A stretch of 63,952 nucleotides of DNA, filler included, from Licmophora abbreviata (lineage: Eukaryota), in the NCBI GenBank assembly GCA_900291995.1. It is 8 parts of 8 records of this genome, joined end to end, with 100 filler letters (N's around TTAATTAATTAA, not from the genome) between each part and the next. Parts side by side here need not be neighbours in the genome. Positions count along the whole stretch, not along the records: positions 10,865 to 34,000 come from OLMU01002069.1; 7 more parts are not named here. The stretch is one strand, 5' to 3'. The position numbers and the translations under genes were made by a program. A model generated the notes under the pieces. It was given only the letters and a program-made list of their open reading frames with translations. It was not told the origin of the DNA and searched no databases. Positions 13,868 to 24,637 of this stretch are shown here, in pieces. Position 1 is the stretch's first letter; each line of letters starts with the position of its first letter.

Positions 13868-14931
13868 ATGGCGAGCGGCTACTCGTCAATCCCTTCTTCT
13901 GAGGGAAGCGGCACACCGGTCGCGACGATAGGGACTCAGATGGTCCAAGTTGTAGCTCCAGCGACACTCGGAGAAGGTACGGGCATGGTTCCGTTTTGCG
14001 AGATTCGAAAAAGTGCCGATCCATCCAACCGGCGTGCTTTTCTATTATGATGTGCTTTTGAGGAATGCCAATGCCGACTCTCACGCTGTTCGCCTCATTT
14101 CGACTTTAGGTTACTCCTTTCAGGCCAGTTACCAGGGAACAATATTTCCGGTCACAGTGGTAAGCTTTGCAACTTGGCGACTTGGAGATTCGGATATTGT
14201 TTCCCATTTCATTTCTAACCGTCCGCCGAATCCTCCTTGCGCATACGTCGTACCTTTCATAGCCATCTGGTGGCGTCAAGGAAGGACAAACGATCGTGGT
14301 TCCTTTTCCGTCCCAAACTCCTGCAACCGAACTGACTTCCTTTGCAGCTGTCAGGGATGAAGATGGACCTCATGGTCACTGGAAAGATGGACTTTTCGAC
14401 TGTTGCAAATATAGCGTGCTGCACCCATCTCTCCTCCATTCAGTTTTCTGTCCGCAGATTCTCATGGCGCAGGTCTTGAGTCGCATGCGTATGAACTGGC
14501 TAGGTGCCACCGCGCCTGACTACGAGTGGCGCATGACGTTTCGACGCATAGTAATTGTTGTTGTCGTATACTATGTTGCGAGCGGCCTTCTCGCCCCACC
14601 GTCTCCCGACCTTGACGTCGACCCAGAAGGCAATGTCATTGCCATCACACCCGACATTCCCGTGTGGCAGTCAGTTCTTTACAATTCACTCAGCCTTGCC
14701 TTTGGCCTCTACACGCTCATTGTCATGATTCGATTGCGCTATGCCGTTCGTGCACAGTACGAAATTCCGGAACAGATGTGCCATGGGTACGAAGATTGTT
14801 GCTGTGTCTTCTGGTGTGGATGCTGCACTGTATCACAGCTGGCACGACATACGGCCAATTACGAGGAGAGACGGGCAGTGTGCTGCTCTGATACTGGAAT
14901 GCCTGCGTCGACTCCCGTCATTTTGGTTTAG
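13868..14931 (+). CDS. PLAC8/cornifelin family Cys-rich membrane protein, 3 exons
   Basis: GHWKDGLFDCC, FCPQILMAQV, RYAVRAQYEIPE..C...EDCCCVFWCGCCTVSQLARHT. GT-AG introns at about 13978-14109 and 14160-14261. Confidence 0.85.
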
Positions 14932-14994
14932 TACAGATTCGCCAAAGAGAGCATACATTGTAGTATATTCGGTGTAGCCAAGCTACTTATAGCT

Positions 14995-16417
14995 CTAAAC
15001 CAATGGATGTCCTTCTAGCCTTGCCTCCTCTTGTTTGCGAAACGCATCTACGAGAGTATCGTGGAATATACCGCCGTTGCTCGCCAGGATTCCAGTCACC
15101 TCTCCAGACAACTGTGCCCCAAGCGAAAAGTCGATTGCGTTCCCTTTCACATCCGTCATGACGCCCCCCGCCTCCTCGATTACTACTTTGCCAGCGGCGT
15201 GGTCCCAAATCCACTCTCTATACCCGGGACGAGGTAGGCGCACATAGTATTCAGCCCCGGCCCGTGACAAGATGCCATACTTGGCTTGACTATCGAATCG
15301 GCGGGCCCTTACAATCTCACCGTCAGCGTCTAACGCAGACTTTCCGTGAATAACGAGAGACATTCCTTTGCACTGACCCAAGACGTCGCTGAACTTTTCG
15401 ACACCTGCAAAACAAACCACATTTGTGGGTACGGAAAATGAAACGGGTGAAGCGTGTTGGACCGGCACACGACACATACCTATACAGAAACGAGCTTCGC
15501 TTGGGGCCATGGTGCTCCCATCGATAGGAGTGACATGAATACGTTGGATAGCTGCTCCAGGAGCCAATGGCAACTGATAGCATCCACCATCCTTGCTTGC
15601 CACAAAGATGCACCCTCGAGTGGAAGCATTTTGATCCGAAGATTCTTCCTCTAGCCATTCATACTGTGTGTCCATAGGGTCGCATGGAAGATTGGGGCAC
15701 CCCAGAACACCAATTGTGGGTATCCCATCCTTCATCGGAACGAGCAATGAATCGTCGTTGGTCTGGGGCCAGGTCTCACAACGCCACCCACGAGCCAGAA
15801 CTTACCTCAAGCAACGCCAATGCTACACAGTACTGCCCCCCTTGTTGTTTACCTCGAAGAAATCCTTTTGTCCCATCAATTGGATCCAAGCACCATACTC
15901 GTGGCGGCCGACCGCCTTCGCGCTGGTCCCACAGCGTATAGTCCTGCCCAAAATCGATGCTTTCCCGTAAGTATTTCATGCTCGACATGGCTGTTGCATC
16001 TAGTACCTGCTCTCCCAAATCAGGATCTTCTTCAAATATTTTTGAGCTTTCTTCGGCAATATATGAATCACCATCGAACGCCTCCCTCAAATGTCGTAGC
16101 ACGATCGCTTGAGCACAGAAATCAGCCACCGTAACCGGCGATGCGTCCGCTTTGTTGACGGTCGGTATTGTCGATTCTTTACCCGGCTGCAAGTCGCTCG
16201 TCACCTTGCATGCCTTTCGAACAGCTTCCAGAGCTACCAATACGTCTTGTCGACGCGGAAAGTTAAGAGGAAGTTCCCCATAGTCTGAAGCCTGCAATGA
16301 TGTGCTGGTACGAGATGCCAATAAATTTTGAGGATCGAGACTGGAGCTTGTAAATGCTGAGGAGACTGATAGGCAGACATAGAGCCCCAGATGAGCCATG
16401 TGGCCTAGAAACCTCAT
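14995..16417 (-). CDS. 3'(2'),5'-bisphosphate nucleotidase (SAL1/HAL2-like, inositol monophosphatase family), likely plastid-targeted, 3 exons
   Basis: KADASPVTVADF, IAEE, WCLDPIDGTKGFLRG..GQYCVALAL, GVLGCPNL, DSQAKYG and EWIWDHAAG. Signal peptide ending SSA-F. Confidence 0.92.
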
Positions 16418-16495
16418 GGTGTCTCGGCTTGACGTCTCCACACAACAAGATGATGAAAAAGTGAAGCTGGATTTCTAGTTTCGTGTCGGTGGAAC

Positions 16496-16503
16496 TGACG
16501 TCA
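16496..16503. promoter_or_regulatory. Palindromic TGACGTCA (CRE/bZIP-type element) in the divergent SAL1/ATP1 promoter
   Basis: Exact 8-mer in the ~235-nt head-to-head intergenic region. A second copy lies at 19728-19735 in another divergent intergenic region. Confidence 0.3.
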
Positions 16504-16653
16504 TCGTTCAACATGCCTAGTTGAACCAATCGATCTGAACTCCTGATTCCCTCTTATACATCGAGCAGTAGAATCTACGTGGAAGCGTAGAAAGCATACT
16601 ACTTCAACGGGATGACGATCGTCTCGCGCGCTGTGGGCCACAACCGACCAACC

Positions 16654-18723
16654 ATGGCGCTTCGAACCGCAGTAAACTCTGTTGCTCGGCGGCTGGCTGT
16701 CGCCACCCCCCAGGTAGGTATTCTTGATGCGAGAGGAAGGGAATTGGTGTAAAAACAAGAAGAGAATTCAACGGAGGAGTGCGAAATGCGGGGCTGTGCG
16801 ACAAGTGCCGATGGGCGATAAGCAGGGAATCCGTATCTTGCAAATCCGGCTGGCGGCCATGTTGAGGTTGCCAATTTCGTTGTCAATGCGTCGACATTTT
16901 GAGCCGAAATCATTTTCTTGTATGAATTACATCACAAGGAATGACGAGGAACACACTGATCGTCCATAACGTTTCCTGTGGGACAGCTTTCGCGGTGCAA
17001 AGCACACCATCGTCGTCTTCTCCATGCCTCGTCGGCAAAGATTCCCTTTTTGTCTTTTTGCCGTGATTCCTAATTCCGTTCAAGCCAAACACTCTTTCTC
17101 TCCGATCCGATTCATTCTCACGACGTTTCCCGCTCTTCTGTCGTTCCTTAGGTGGCCCGCCGGGGCGGACCGCTTGTCATGTCCACCCGTGGCATGGCCA
17201 GTCAGACCTTGGAACTCTCCACGTACCTTGAAAGCAAGATCAGCGGTGCCGCTGGTGCCGAGGACTCCTCGGTCAAGTACGCCGAGACCGGATCAGTCAT
17301 TTCGGTAGGAGATGGTATCGCCCGTGTCTACGGTCTTTCCAACGTCCAAGCAGGAGAAATGGTTGTCTTTGCCTGCGGATTGCGTGGTATGGCCCTCAAC
17401 TTGGAAGAAGACAACGTTGGTGTTGTCATCTTTGGTGATGATCGTGACATTCTGGAAGGTGACACTGTCAAGCGTACTGGAGCCATTGTCGACGTGCCTG
17501 TCGGCGAAGAGCTTCTCGGACGTGTTGTTGACGGTATCGGCCAGCCCATTGATGGAGGTGCCTCGCTTGACAAGTGCAAGCGCTCTCGTGCTGAAGTCAA
17601 GGCTCCCGGTATTATCCCTCGAGAGTCCGTCTCCGAGCCAATGCTTACTGGACTCAAGGCCGTCGACGCCCTCATCCCTATTGGACGTGGTCAGCGTGAG
17701 CTTATCATTGGTGATCGTCAGACTGGAAAGACAGCAATTGCCATCGACACCATCATTAACCAAAAGACCAAGAAGGAGCCCCTCGCCTGTATCTACGTCG
17801 GTGTCGGACAGAAACGATCGACCATTGCCCAGCTTGTCGGACAACTTGATGAGAAGGAAGCCATGGACAACTGTATCATTGTCGCTGCTACCGCCTCTGA
17901 CTCTGCTCCGCTTCAGTTCCTTGCTCCCTACACGGGTGCTGCCATGGGAGAGTACTTCCGTGATAACGGAAAGCATGCCGTGATCTTCTACGACGATCTT
18001 TCCAAGCAAGCTGTCGCCTACCGCCAAATGTCTTTGTTGCTTCGTCGTCCTCCTGGCCGTGAGGCCTACCCTGGAGATGTCTTCTACCTCCATTCTCGTC
18101 TTTTGGAGCGTGCCGCCAAGATGCACCGCAGCAACGGTGGTGGATCGTTGACTGCTCTTCCCGTTATTGAGACTCAGGCGGGTGATGTGTCCGCTTATAT
18201 CCCCACGAATGTCATTTCCATTACTGATGGTCAGATCTTCTTGGAGTCTGAGCTCTTCTACCAAGGTCAGCGCCCTGCCATTTCCGTCGGTCTTTCCGTG
18301 TCACGGGTCGGATCTGCCGCCCAATACAAGGCCACTAAGGCCGTTGCAGGTACCATGAAGCTCGAGCTCGCCCAATACCGTGAGGTTGCTGCCTTTGCCA
18401 AGTTCGGTTCCGATCTTGACCCCGCAACGCAGCAGCAGCTCAACCGTGGAGTTCGTCTCTACGAGCTTTTGAAACAAGGACAGTACATGCCCTACGAACC
18501 TGAGGAAGTCGTCGCCTCGCTTTTTATCGGCGTCAAGGGATACTGCGATCGCATCGATGTCGAGCACGTACAAGCCTTTGAAGAATCCTTCTTGGAGCAC
18601 ATGAAGACAGCTCACTCCAAGGTCCTCAGTGATATTGTCGATGCCGGTTACGTCCTGACAGAGGGTGCCGAGGCCAAGTTGCACGAAATTGCTGAGAGCT
18701 TCACGAGTGGCTACTCGCCTTAG
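16654..18723 (+). CDS. ATP1: Mitochondrial F1 ATP synthase subunit alpha, nucleus-encoded. Exon 1 16654-16713, intron 16714-17151, exon 2 17152-18723
   Basis: [27 protein letters not shown] (P-loop), [24 protein letters not shown]. The spliced N-terminus [26 protein letters not shown].. is an Arg-rich, acid-free mitochondrial presequence. Confidence 0.97.
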
Positions 18724-18893
18724 AAGGACGGTCTGATTGTACGTAAGAAACTAGGAACATAGCATTGAAACTAGTGGGTCATTCCTATGATATATATTGT
18801 GCAAGGCATACTATACTAGCTAATGAGGCAGCGGTAGGGGCGGCGCACAACCCCAAGCGCAGTCTCGCGCCTTCGACATTCAACCCCGCCGAC

Positions 18894-19373
18894 TTACAAT
18901 TCGACCAACTTTGTTGGTTCGGAGACGGACGCTTTGGCGCAAGCGGTACAACGTTGTTGGACACGGTACATTCGCTGGACAGCCTTGGTCCAGTGACACC
19001 GTCCCACAGCAAGCTGCAGTCTTCTCTTGACGACTGTGGTGAGCGGGTCATAATTCGGATCCCCAAGACGATTCCGATTGATGCAGTCCCGTACGATCTG
19101 TAGAAATTCGCGAGCACGACTCGACAGCGTTAGCGGAGAAGACAACTGCGATGAAACAATCGTCTGCAGCTAGCGCGTTACCTGTTTGACAGTGATCCGA
19201 AGGGCTGGATCGCATTGCTTGAGGTCGTCGAGGAGAATCATTATCAGAAGAAGCATTTGCTTTCGACGTTGCACGTCTCTACGGACTCGACCCAAGGGAA
19301 ATTGTGAGACGGGGACTAAAGTGGGAGTTATTACTGGAGCCGTCACCGGCATGTTTGTCAGTTTGCACTCCAT
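18894..19373 (-). CDS. Small hypothetical helical protein, 2 exons (intron 19098-19181)
   Basis: A GT-AG intron joins ...DPALRITVKQ|IVRDCINRNRLGDPNYDPLTTVVKRRLQLAVGRCHWTKA, which resembles a diatom hypothetical family from recall. Confidence 0.55.
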
Positions 19374-20002
19374 ATTGAGGTGTTGTTTGTTTTGGTTCTG
19401 GCTAATGGTATCTTCAAGATGTGAACAGAATCGCAGTTTGTGGAGTTCGATTGCCTTTCGGTTCGGATCGCGGCCAAAATGTGAGCTGGGTGACAACTGA
19501 CTTCTCATTCATCATTCATTGTAAGGGTGGCCAGGACGCTTCTGCCAAAAGAATCATCTGAAACGTCTGTTTTGAGTATAAATTGGAACAATTCGGAATA
19601 ATAGATCCAGAATTATACTCTTTTCTTCAATTCCCACCCTTTTCAGCGGTCCTGACAAGGTTCGTGTTTGTACGCCAGCACAAGCTCCCTAAACAAAAGT
19701 GATTATCGAGAAGAGCCTTGCGATATCTGACGTCATTTTATGTTCGAGCTTCCTCAAATTTTGGAGGTTGAATGGAGCTCGCATTTTCAATTTCCATCAG
19801 TTGGACGAAGTGAAGAAAAAGGGGAGGACGCGATGAGCTCGTCCGCTTAAGCCGCGAGACCCGCGACGAACGCCGAACGCGACGAGGTTTCATTCGATTG
19901 ACGAAGCCTACCACCATGTTGATGCCAATTTGCTAATTGATGGGGTTACAGAATCCACCAGCTAGCTAGTTTGGTATCGTTCGAGACAAAAGTCGAGAAG
20001 AA

Positions 20003-21010
20003 ATGAAACTAAACCGACGTTTAGCCTGGACTTTCTTTCTTTGGGTCTTCCTTGAATCTGTCTCAATCCCCTTTGTGGTATCCTTGTCGTCGTCTGATTC
20101 TGCCCAGCAGAAGGCCGTTAGCGTCGTGTCCTGGAATCTGCTGGCTCCCATGTACGCTCTCCCTGCAAAGTATCCTTGGTCCGCACCGGAGGATATTGAC
20201 TGGAAGTTTCGCAAGTCTCGAATTCTAAGTCGCCTCGCTTGTATCGATGCTGACATCGTCTGTCTACAGGAGGTACAGGTCGCAATTTGGGACGAGCTAA
20301 AGGATAAAATGAGAGAGGATCTAGACTATGACGAAGGAATTTTGCAGAAAATGGGCCGAAATCATCCTGTCGCGAATGCCATCCTCATAAAACGTGACTG
20401 CCCCTTGCGGGTTGTCAGAACAGAATCTCGGTCGCGTGTGCTGATTGCAGTACTGCAGGACGATCAAGAGAAGTCGTCTCCGCCATTGTATCTCGCTAAT
20501 GTGCACTTGGAAGCCGGTATGAAGGAGGACGACGTTCGTTTGTCACAATTGCGATCATTGTGCAAGCGAGTCAAACGACTGGTCGCGGCCGATGACGAGG
20601 AGCATCCCGCAGTCGTATTTTGTGGAGATTTTAATTTGATTCAAGGTTCCCCTCTGTACAACTTTCTCCAAACAGGAGCCTATATCACGCAAAGTGACAC
20701 TAGTTCTATCCATACCGAGATTCACTCGCCTCTCCTGCCTCTCCGGGACGCATATTTGGAGTGCGCGCCTCGGTTCGGCCAAGTCCCCGAAATGTCGTTT
20801 CGAAGTGGTCACATACTTGACTACTTTTGGGTTTCGAATGCTGTTGAGGTACTCCAAACTATGCCCATGGGGGATGCAGTGACCGTAGCTGAACCTAAGA
20901 ATTGGCCGTCGCGGGAAAACCCTTCAGACCATGTTCCGACTGGCGCTCTCCTCTCATGGGCTGGTGCTCCCTTGACTGGCGCCGCGCGTCGACGAGCGCC
21001 GTGGCACTAG
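20003..21010 (+). CDS. Endonuclease/exonuclease/phosphatase family protein (CCR4/nocturnin/Angel-like) with an N-terminal hydrophobic leader
   Basis: VVSWNLLA, ADIVCLQEV, ANVHL, FCGDFN, ILDYFW and PSDHVP. Confidence 0.9.
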   Translation: MKLNRRLAWTFFLWVFLESVSIPFVVSLSSSDSAQQKAVSVVSWNLLAPMYALPAKYPWSAPEDIDWKFRKSRILSRLACIDADIVCLQEVQVAIWDELKDKMREDLDYDEGILQKMGRNHPVANAILIKRDCPLRVVRTESRSRVLIAVLQDDQEKSSPPLYLANVHLEAGMKEDDVRLSQLRSLCKRVKRLVAADDEEHPAVVFCGDFNLIQGSPLYNFLQTGAYITQSDTSSIHTEIHSPLLPLRDAYLECAPRFGQVPEMSFRSGHILDYFWVSNAVEVLQTMPMGDAVTVAEPKNWPSRENPSDHVPTGALLSWAGAPLTGAARRRAPWH

Positions 21011-21119
21011 ATGTGCGTTTCCTTCATAGAACATCCCCCTAGGGCTGCTAAATTATTGCTATGGACCGAGTCACCTCGCCTTGCTCAGTTACGGTACTAT
21101 CGTAGTTGTAGTTTCGCGG

Positions 21120-22332
21120 TCACAGAATCGTGCAGGCCGCCGGCAGGAAGCAGTCGCTCGCATCATGATCCACCGCGAGCTGCTTTCGTACAAACTCTGG
21201 AAGCACGAATGCGGATTCATGAACCGCAGTATTGTACCATCGTAGCTGCGCCGAAAGCGCAGGCGATGGGAGTCTGGCAGATTTCTGACAGGAATACGGT
21301 TTGCCCTTGCGCGCCAGCACAAATCCAGTTTGACCACATGGAAAGGATGGTACCAAGGTGCTGGCATATTCAGCATAATCGAAAATATCTCGACAGCACG
21401 ACAGGACATCGCTGATGAGGTCCAAATTGATCCAGAAACACTCCGACTGTACACAGACGATTCCTCCGTCGCTCAATGCATGGTGCATGCTCTCATAGAA
21501 AGCAGGCTGAAATAAGGATTCACCCGGACCTACCGGGTCGAGGGTATCCGCCAGTATTATATCAAAGTCATGTGAGCATTGCTGAATGAATTCGGATCCG
21601 TCTTGATGAATCACTTGCACACGGGGGTCGTCAAAGGCAGATGCAGTCCCAAAGAAATTTTTGGCCACCCGAATGACAGCAGGATCAATCTCGACAACCG
21701 TCACTTGTTGCACACAATCGTGGCGACACACTTGAGATAGAACACCCCCATCGCCTCCACCGACAATCAAGACTCGCCTGGGTTTCGAGTGCGAAAAGAG
21801 AGGCAGATGGGCCATCATTTCATGATAGGCGAACTCATCTCGCTCCGTGAGTTCTAGACGTTCGTTGACCGATAAAAAGGTGTGAGCTAAGTGAAGATTA
21901 TCAGTGACAGATGGAGCTTCCATTCGTTTTCACTTACGAATCACGCCATCCAGCACTAGAACGTGTCCTTTTAGAGTACGCACACGAGAAACAAACACCG
22001 GAAGGTTGTGAGGGAACACGGAGCCACACCATTCTACTTTGAGTTTTTGACCACCAGCTCACCGTATTGTGCGGACAGAAAGACAAGAATAGACTGGAAC
22101 TCAGACTGTTCATGGTGTAGGATAGACTTTTCGGAGAATTCCTAAGTGAGTGTTGAGAGGCGAGAGTAAGCAAAGACAAAATATCGAGGATAAATTCGAT
22201 CCCTCAACTCACATCGAGAGCTAACGAGAACTTCTGTCCTGGCCACATGGAGTCTGTCTCGGTGAACCAGCCATTCGATACGTTGCGAGCAGCGCCCGTG
22301 CTGCCGCCATGGTAGCGTTTCGTCGGCGTCAT
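21120..22332 (-). CDS. Spermidine synthase (aminopropyltransferase), 4 exons
   Basis: Spliced GWFTETDSMWPGQKFSL..|EFSEKSILHHEQSEFQSILVF..YG|HVLVLDGVIQ|LTERDEFAYHEMMAHLPL..VLIVGGGDGG..VEID..DTLDPVGP. Confidence 0.92.
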
Positions 22333-22582
22333 TGGATGGCGTGAGCCTTCTGCCAAAATTGTGAGCATCTCACACTTTTTGCGCGCGCCTGGAAGCATAA
22401 AAAGCCTTCAGTCACGAGGACGACTATAGAAAGATCCAAAACTTCCGCGAAAGATTGTTTCTTCATACTCCTCGACCATGGTGTCATGCTGCTACCACCT
22501 TCACAACAGCATCTTGAGACTTGCTCCCGTTGTCGCGCTCATCATCTGACTCCATTTTCACGCTCAGGATCAACCCGCCATC

Positions 22583-23134
22583 ATGACGTTGAGATTCCTC
22601 CCCCGGTCACTGTTGACCTTGTCGCCTGCTACAAGGCGAAGTTGCCCTTATCGCCGACAGATGATGCGTCTGGAAGTCTGGCACCGCTCTTTCTGGGCGC
22701 CACCCCCGTCGAGTACGGTTGAGAATAGCGGGTCCATTGCACGCGATATTTTGGCTACGGAGCGCACCTTTCTTGCTTGGGCACGCACTGGTCTCGGGTT
22801 CGTCGGAGCCGGAAGTGCTTTGTTTGCGGCCTACCATCGACAACAACCCACAGAATCCACCAACAACAATAATAATGCATCATCTCCTCTCTTGTACAGC
22901 GTTGTCCCCGCGTGTGCCTTGCTCATGGCCAATGGGGCATTCCTATTGGTCTTCGCGACGCGCCGCTACTTGACGGTCGTTGCGGCGCTGCAGCGCAGCC
23001 AGTTTCCTGTTGACATTCGTGGAACACTCACAGCGGTCGTTTTGACGGCAGCGAGTACTATCCTGTCGCTTGGCTTGATTGCTTCCTCCGAAGTTCAACA
23101 AACGAAAAGGCAAGATATGCGGAAGGATGAGTGA
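22583..23134 (+). CDS. DUF202/YidH-like small membrane protein
   Basis: ARDILATERTFLAWARTGL signature plus three hydrophobic helices. Confidence 0.85.
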   Translation: MTLRFLPRSLLTLSPATRRSCPYRRQMMRLEVWHRSFWAPPPSSTVENSGSIARDILATERTFLAWARTGLGFVGAGSALFAAYHRQQPTESTNNNNNASSPLLYSVVPACALLMANGAFLLVFATRRYLTVVAALQRSQFPVDIRGTLTAVVLTAASTILSLGLIASSEVQQTKRQDMRKDE

Positions 23135-23222
23135 AGTCTCTATAGTTCATGAAGCTTCTGCAGTATATACTTCTATAATTTATGTGAAACGCAACCCCAG
23201 GGTAATGATATTGCCCCGGGGA

Positions 23223-24371
23223 TTACTTTCTCAGAAGTCTGTGTCGCTTGTTTCGTCGTCGACCCATTCTGTTGTTCCCCCCGGTGCATTGCGGACATAT
23301 GGAACAGGAATAAGTCCAGTCACACTTGGGATAGGCGTCAGGGTCTGAGGAAATCCACGGGGTTGGAATTAAGGCGCACCACCACTTGCACTCATACAAG
23401 GACGGCAAGCTCGGGTCTTTGTCGACAATTGGTGCCATACTTGGAACGGCGGAATCCCTTGTGATTTGTGTAGGTGTCAACGAGGGGGGTGATGACTCAG
23501 ACAATGAGGGGGGCGATGACTCAAGTATGTTGGACGGTGCGATAGATGGAATTGCAGAAGCAACGCTACTTGGCGTGACGGACACACCCATTGACGGGTT
23601 GGATGGCGAAAGCGAGGGTATCATGGATGCGTCGCCGCTGCTTGGCATCTGACTGGAAGTCGGCGACATCGAAGTGGAAGGAGTCAGGGATGGAATGTTG
23701 GACGTCGACGGTGAAAGTGAGATGCTCGGCTGTGGCGTGTCGCTTGCAAACTTTTCCATCGACAGTTCGTATGAAGAATAGTACCAATCATTTTGTCCCC
23801 CTCCTTGATTGTTGGTCACGACTGTCACCTCCAATAGAGCGCCTGCGGTAGTATCGACACGCAGGTCTGAAACAATCGACGTCTTGTCGACACGAGCATT
23901 GTGAGTTAGGCCGGCGACTCCTGGAGAGCAAGCTGCAGACAGCCCAACTGCTTCTCCAGTACTCGGCAGCAGCCATGTTCGGTTGTCCGTAACGCCGAGC
24001 GCTTCTTGCAGGTCTTCGCCATTGAGGCCGCTAAGTCGGAACAGAAAGCCACGAAACACGGACTGTCCATCGGTCGACTCTAGCGTGATCGTATAGTTCT
24101 CTCCTACCAGCAGATTGGTAGTATCGTTAGAAGTCAATAATCGAGAAGAACCGATCCGTACTTGAAAGCCACCTTCTTGCAGCGAACCACTTCCCTCGCT
24201 ACCGTGCATACCATTGCTGGCGTCGCCGATAGCAGCTCCTGTCTGGCAGTGGCCGGCCTGAGTCGGATATGCAATCACTCTATTGTCTCTCTTGAGACTC
24301 AAGAGTAACAACAAGGTCAAGCATACGTGCTTTAATGACATTATCATGATAAGGCCGTTCATAGACGGCAT
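23223..24371 (-). CDS. Secreted Reeler-like domain protein with a Ser/Pro-rich stalk and a C-terminal Cys/Trp module (start codon uncertain)
   Basis: Signal peptide, YPTQAGHC, FRGFLFRL, AGLTHN, LEVTVV, YYSSY. PS-rich repeats, then CKWWC...W...KCDW..SCSICPQC. Confidence 0.7.
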   Translation of the reverse strand: MPSMNGLIMIMSLKHVCLTLLLLLSLKRDNRVIAYPTQAGHCQTGAAIGDASNGMHGSEGSGSLQEGGFQVRIGSSRLLTSNDTTNLLVGENYTITLESTDGQSVFRGFLFRLSGLNGEDLQEALGVTDNRTWLLPSTGEAVGLSAACSPGVAGLTHNARVDKTSIVSDLRVDTTAGALLEVTVVTNNQGGGQNDWYYSSYELSMEKFASDTPQPSISLSPSTSNIPSLTPSTSMSPTSSQMPSSGDASMIPSLSPSNPSMGVSVTPSSVASAIPSIAPSNILESSPPSLSESSPPSLTPTQITRDSAVPSMAPIVDKDPSLPSLYECKWWCALIPTPWISSDPDAYPKCDWTYSCSICPQCTGGNNRMGRRRNKRHRLLRK

Positions 24372-24637
24372 GATACGAGGAAGAGCACTTCTTTTTGGCG
24401 GGATCAAAGGGAAATTGTGACCCTTGAATTCCAGGACCAATTGTGCAAGTGCGCGGGGCGCGATAACAATGACCCTGACGTGTATCAGAAGGCATTATGA
24501 CATTTATTTAGAGGATGCTGGGAATCAGGAACTTGAATGACCTATAATGCTATGAATCACCACCAGCCACGAAATTTCTCTGCCCGCGGCTCCGAAAACT
24601 CATTTCGAAAGAAACATAAACATCATCGAGTTCGACC

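Noticed and set aside
17293..18264. Long antisense ORFs (also 12788-13567, 28342-29466, 58358-59446)
   Set aside because: Shadow ORFs opposite well-supported genes with biased codon usage; no recognisable motifs.
16654..18723. ATP synthase alpha as organellar insertion or contamination
   Set aside because: It has a spliceosomal intron, a mitochondrial presequence and nuclear-like GC content. A nuclear atp1 is expected in diatoms.
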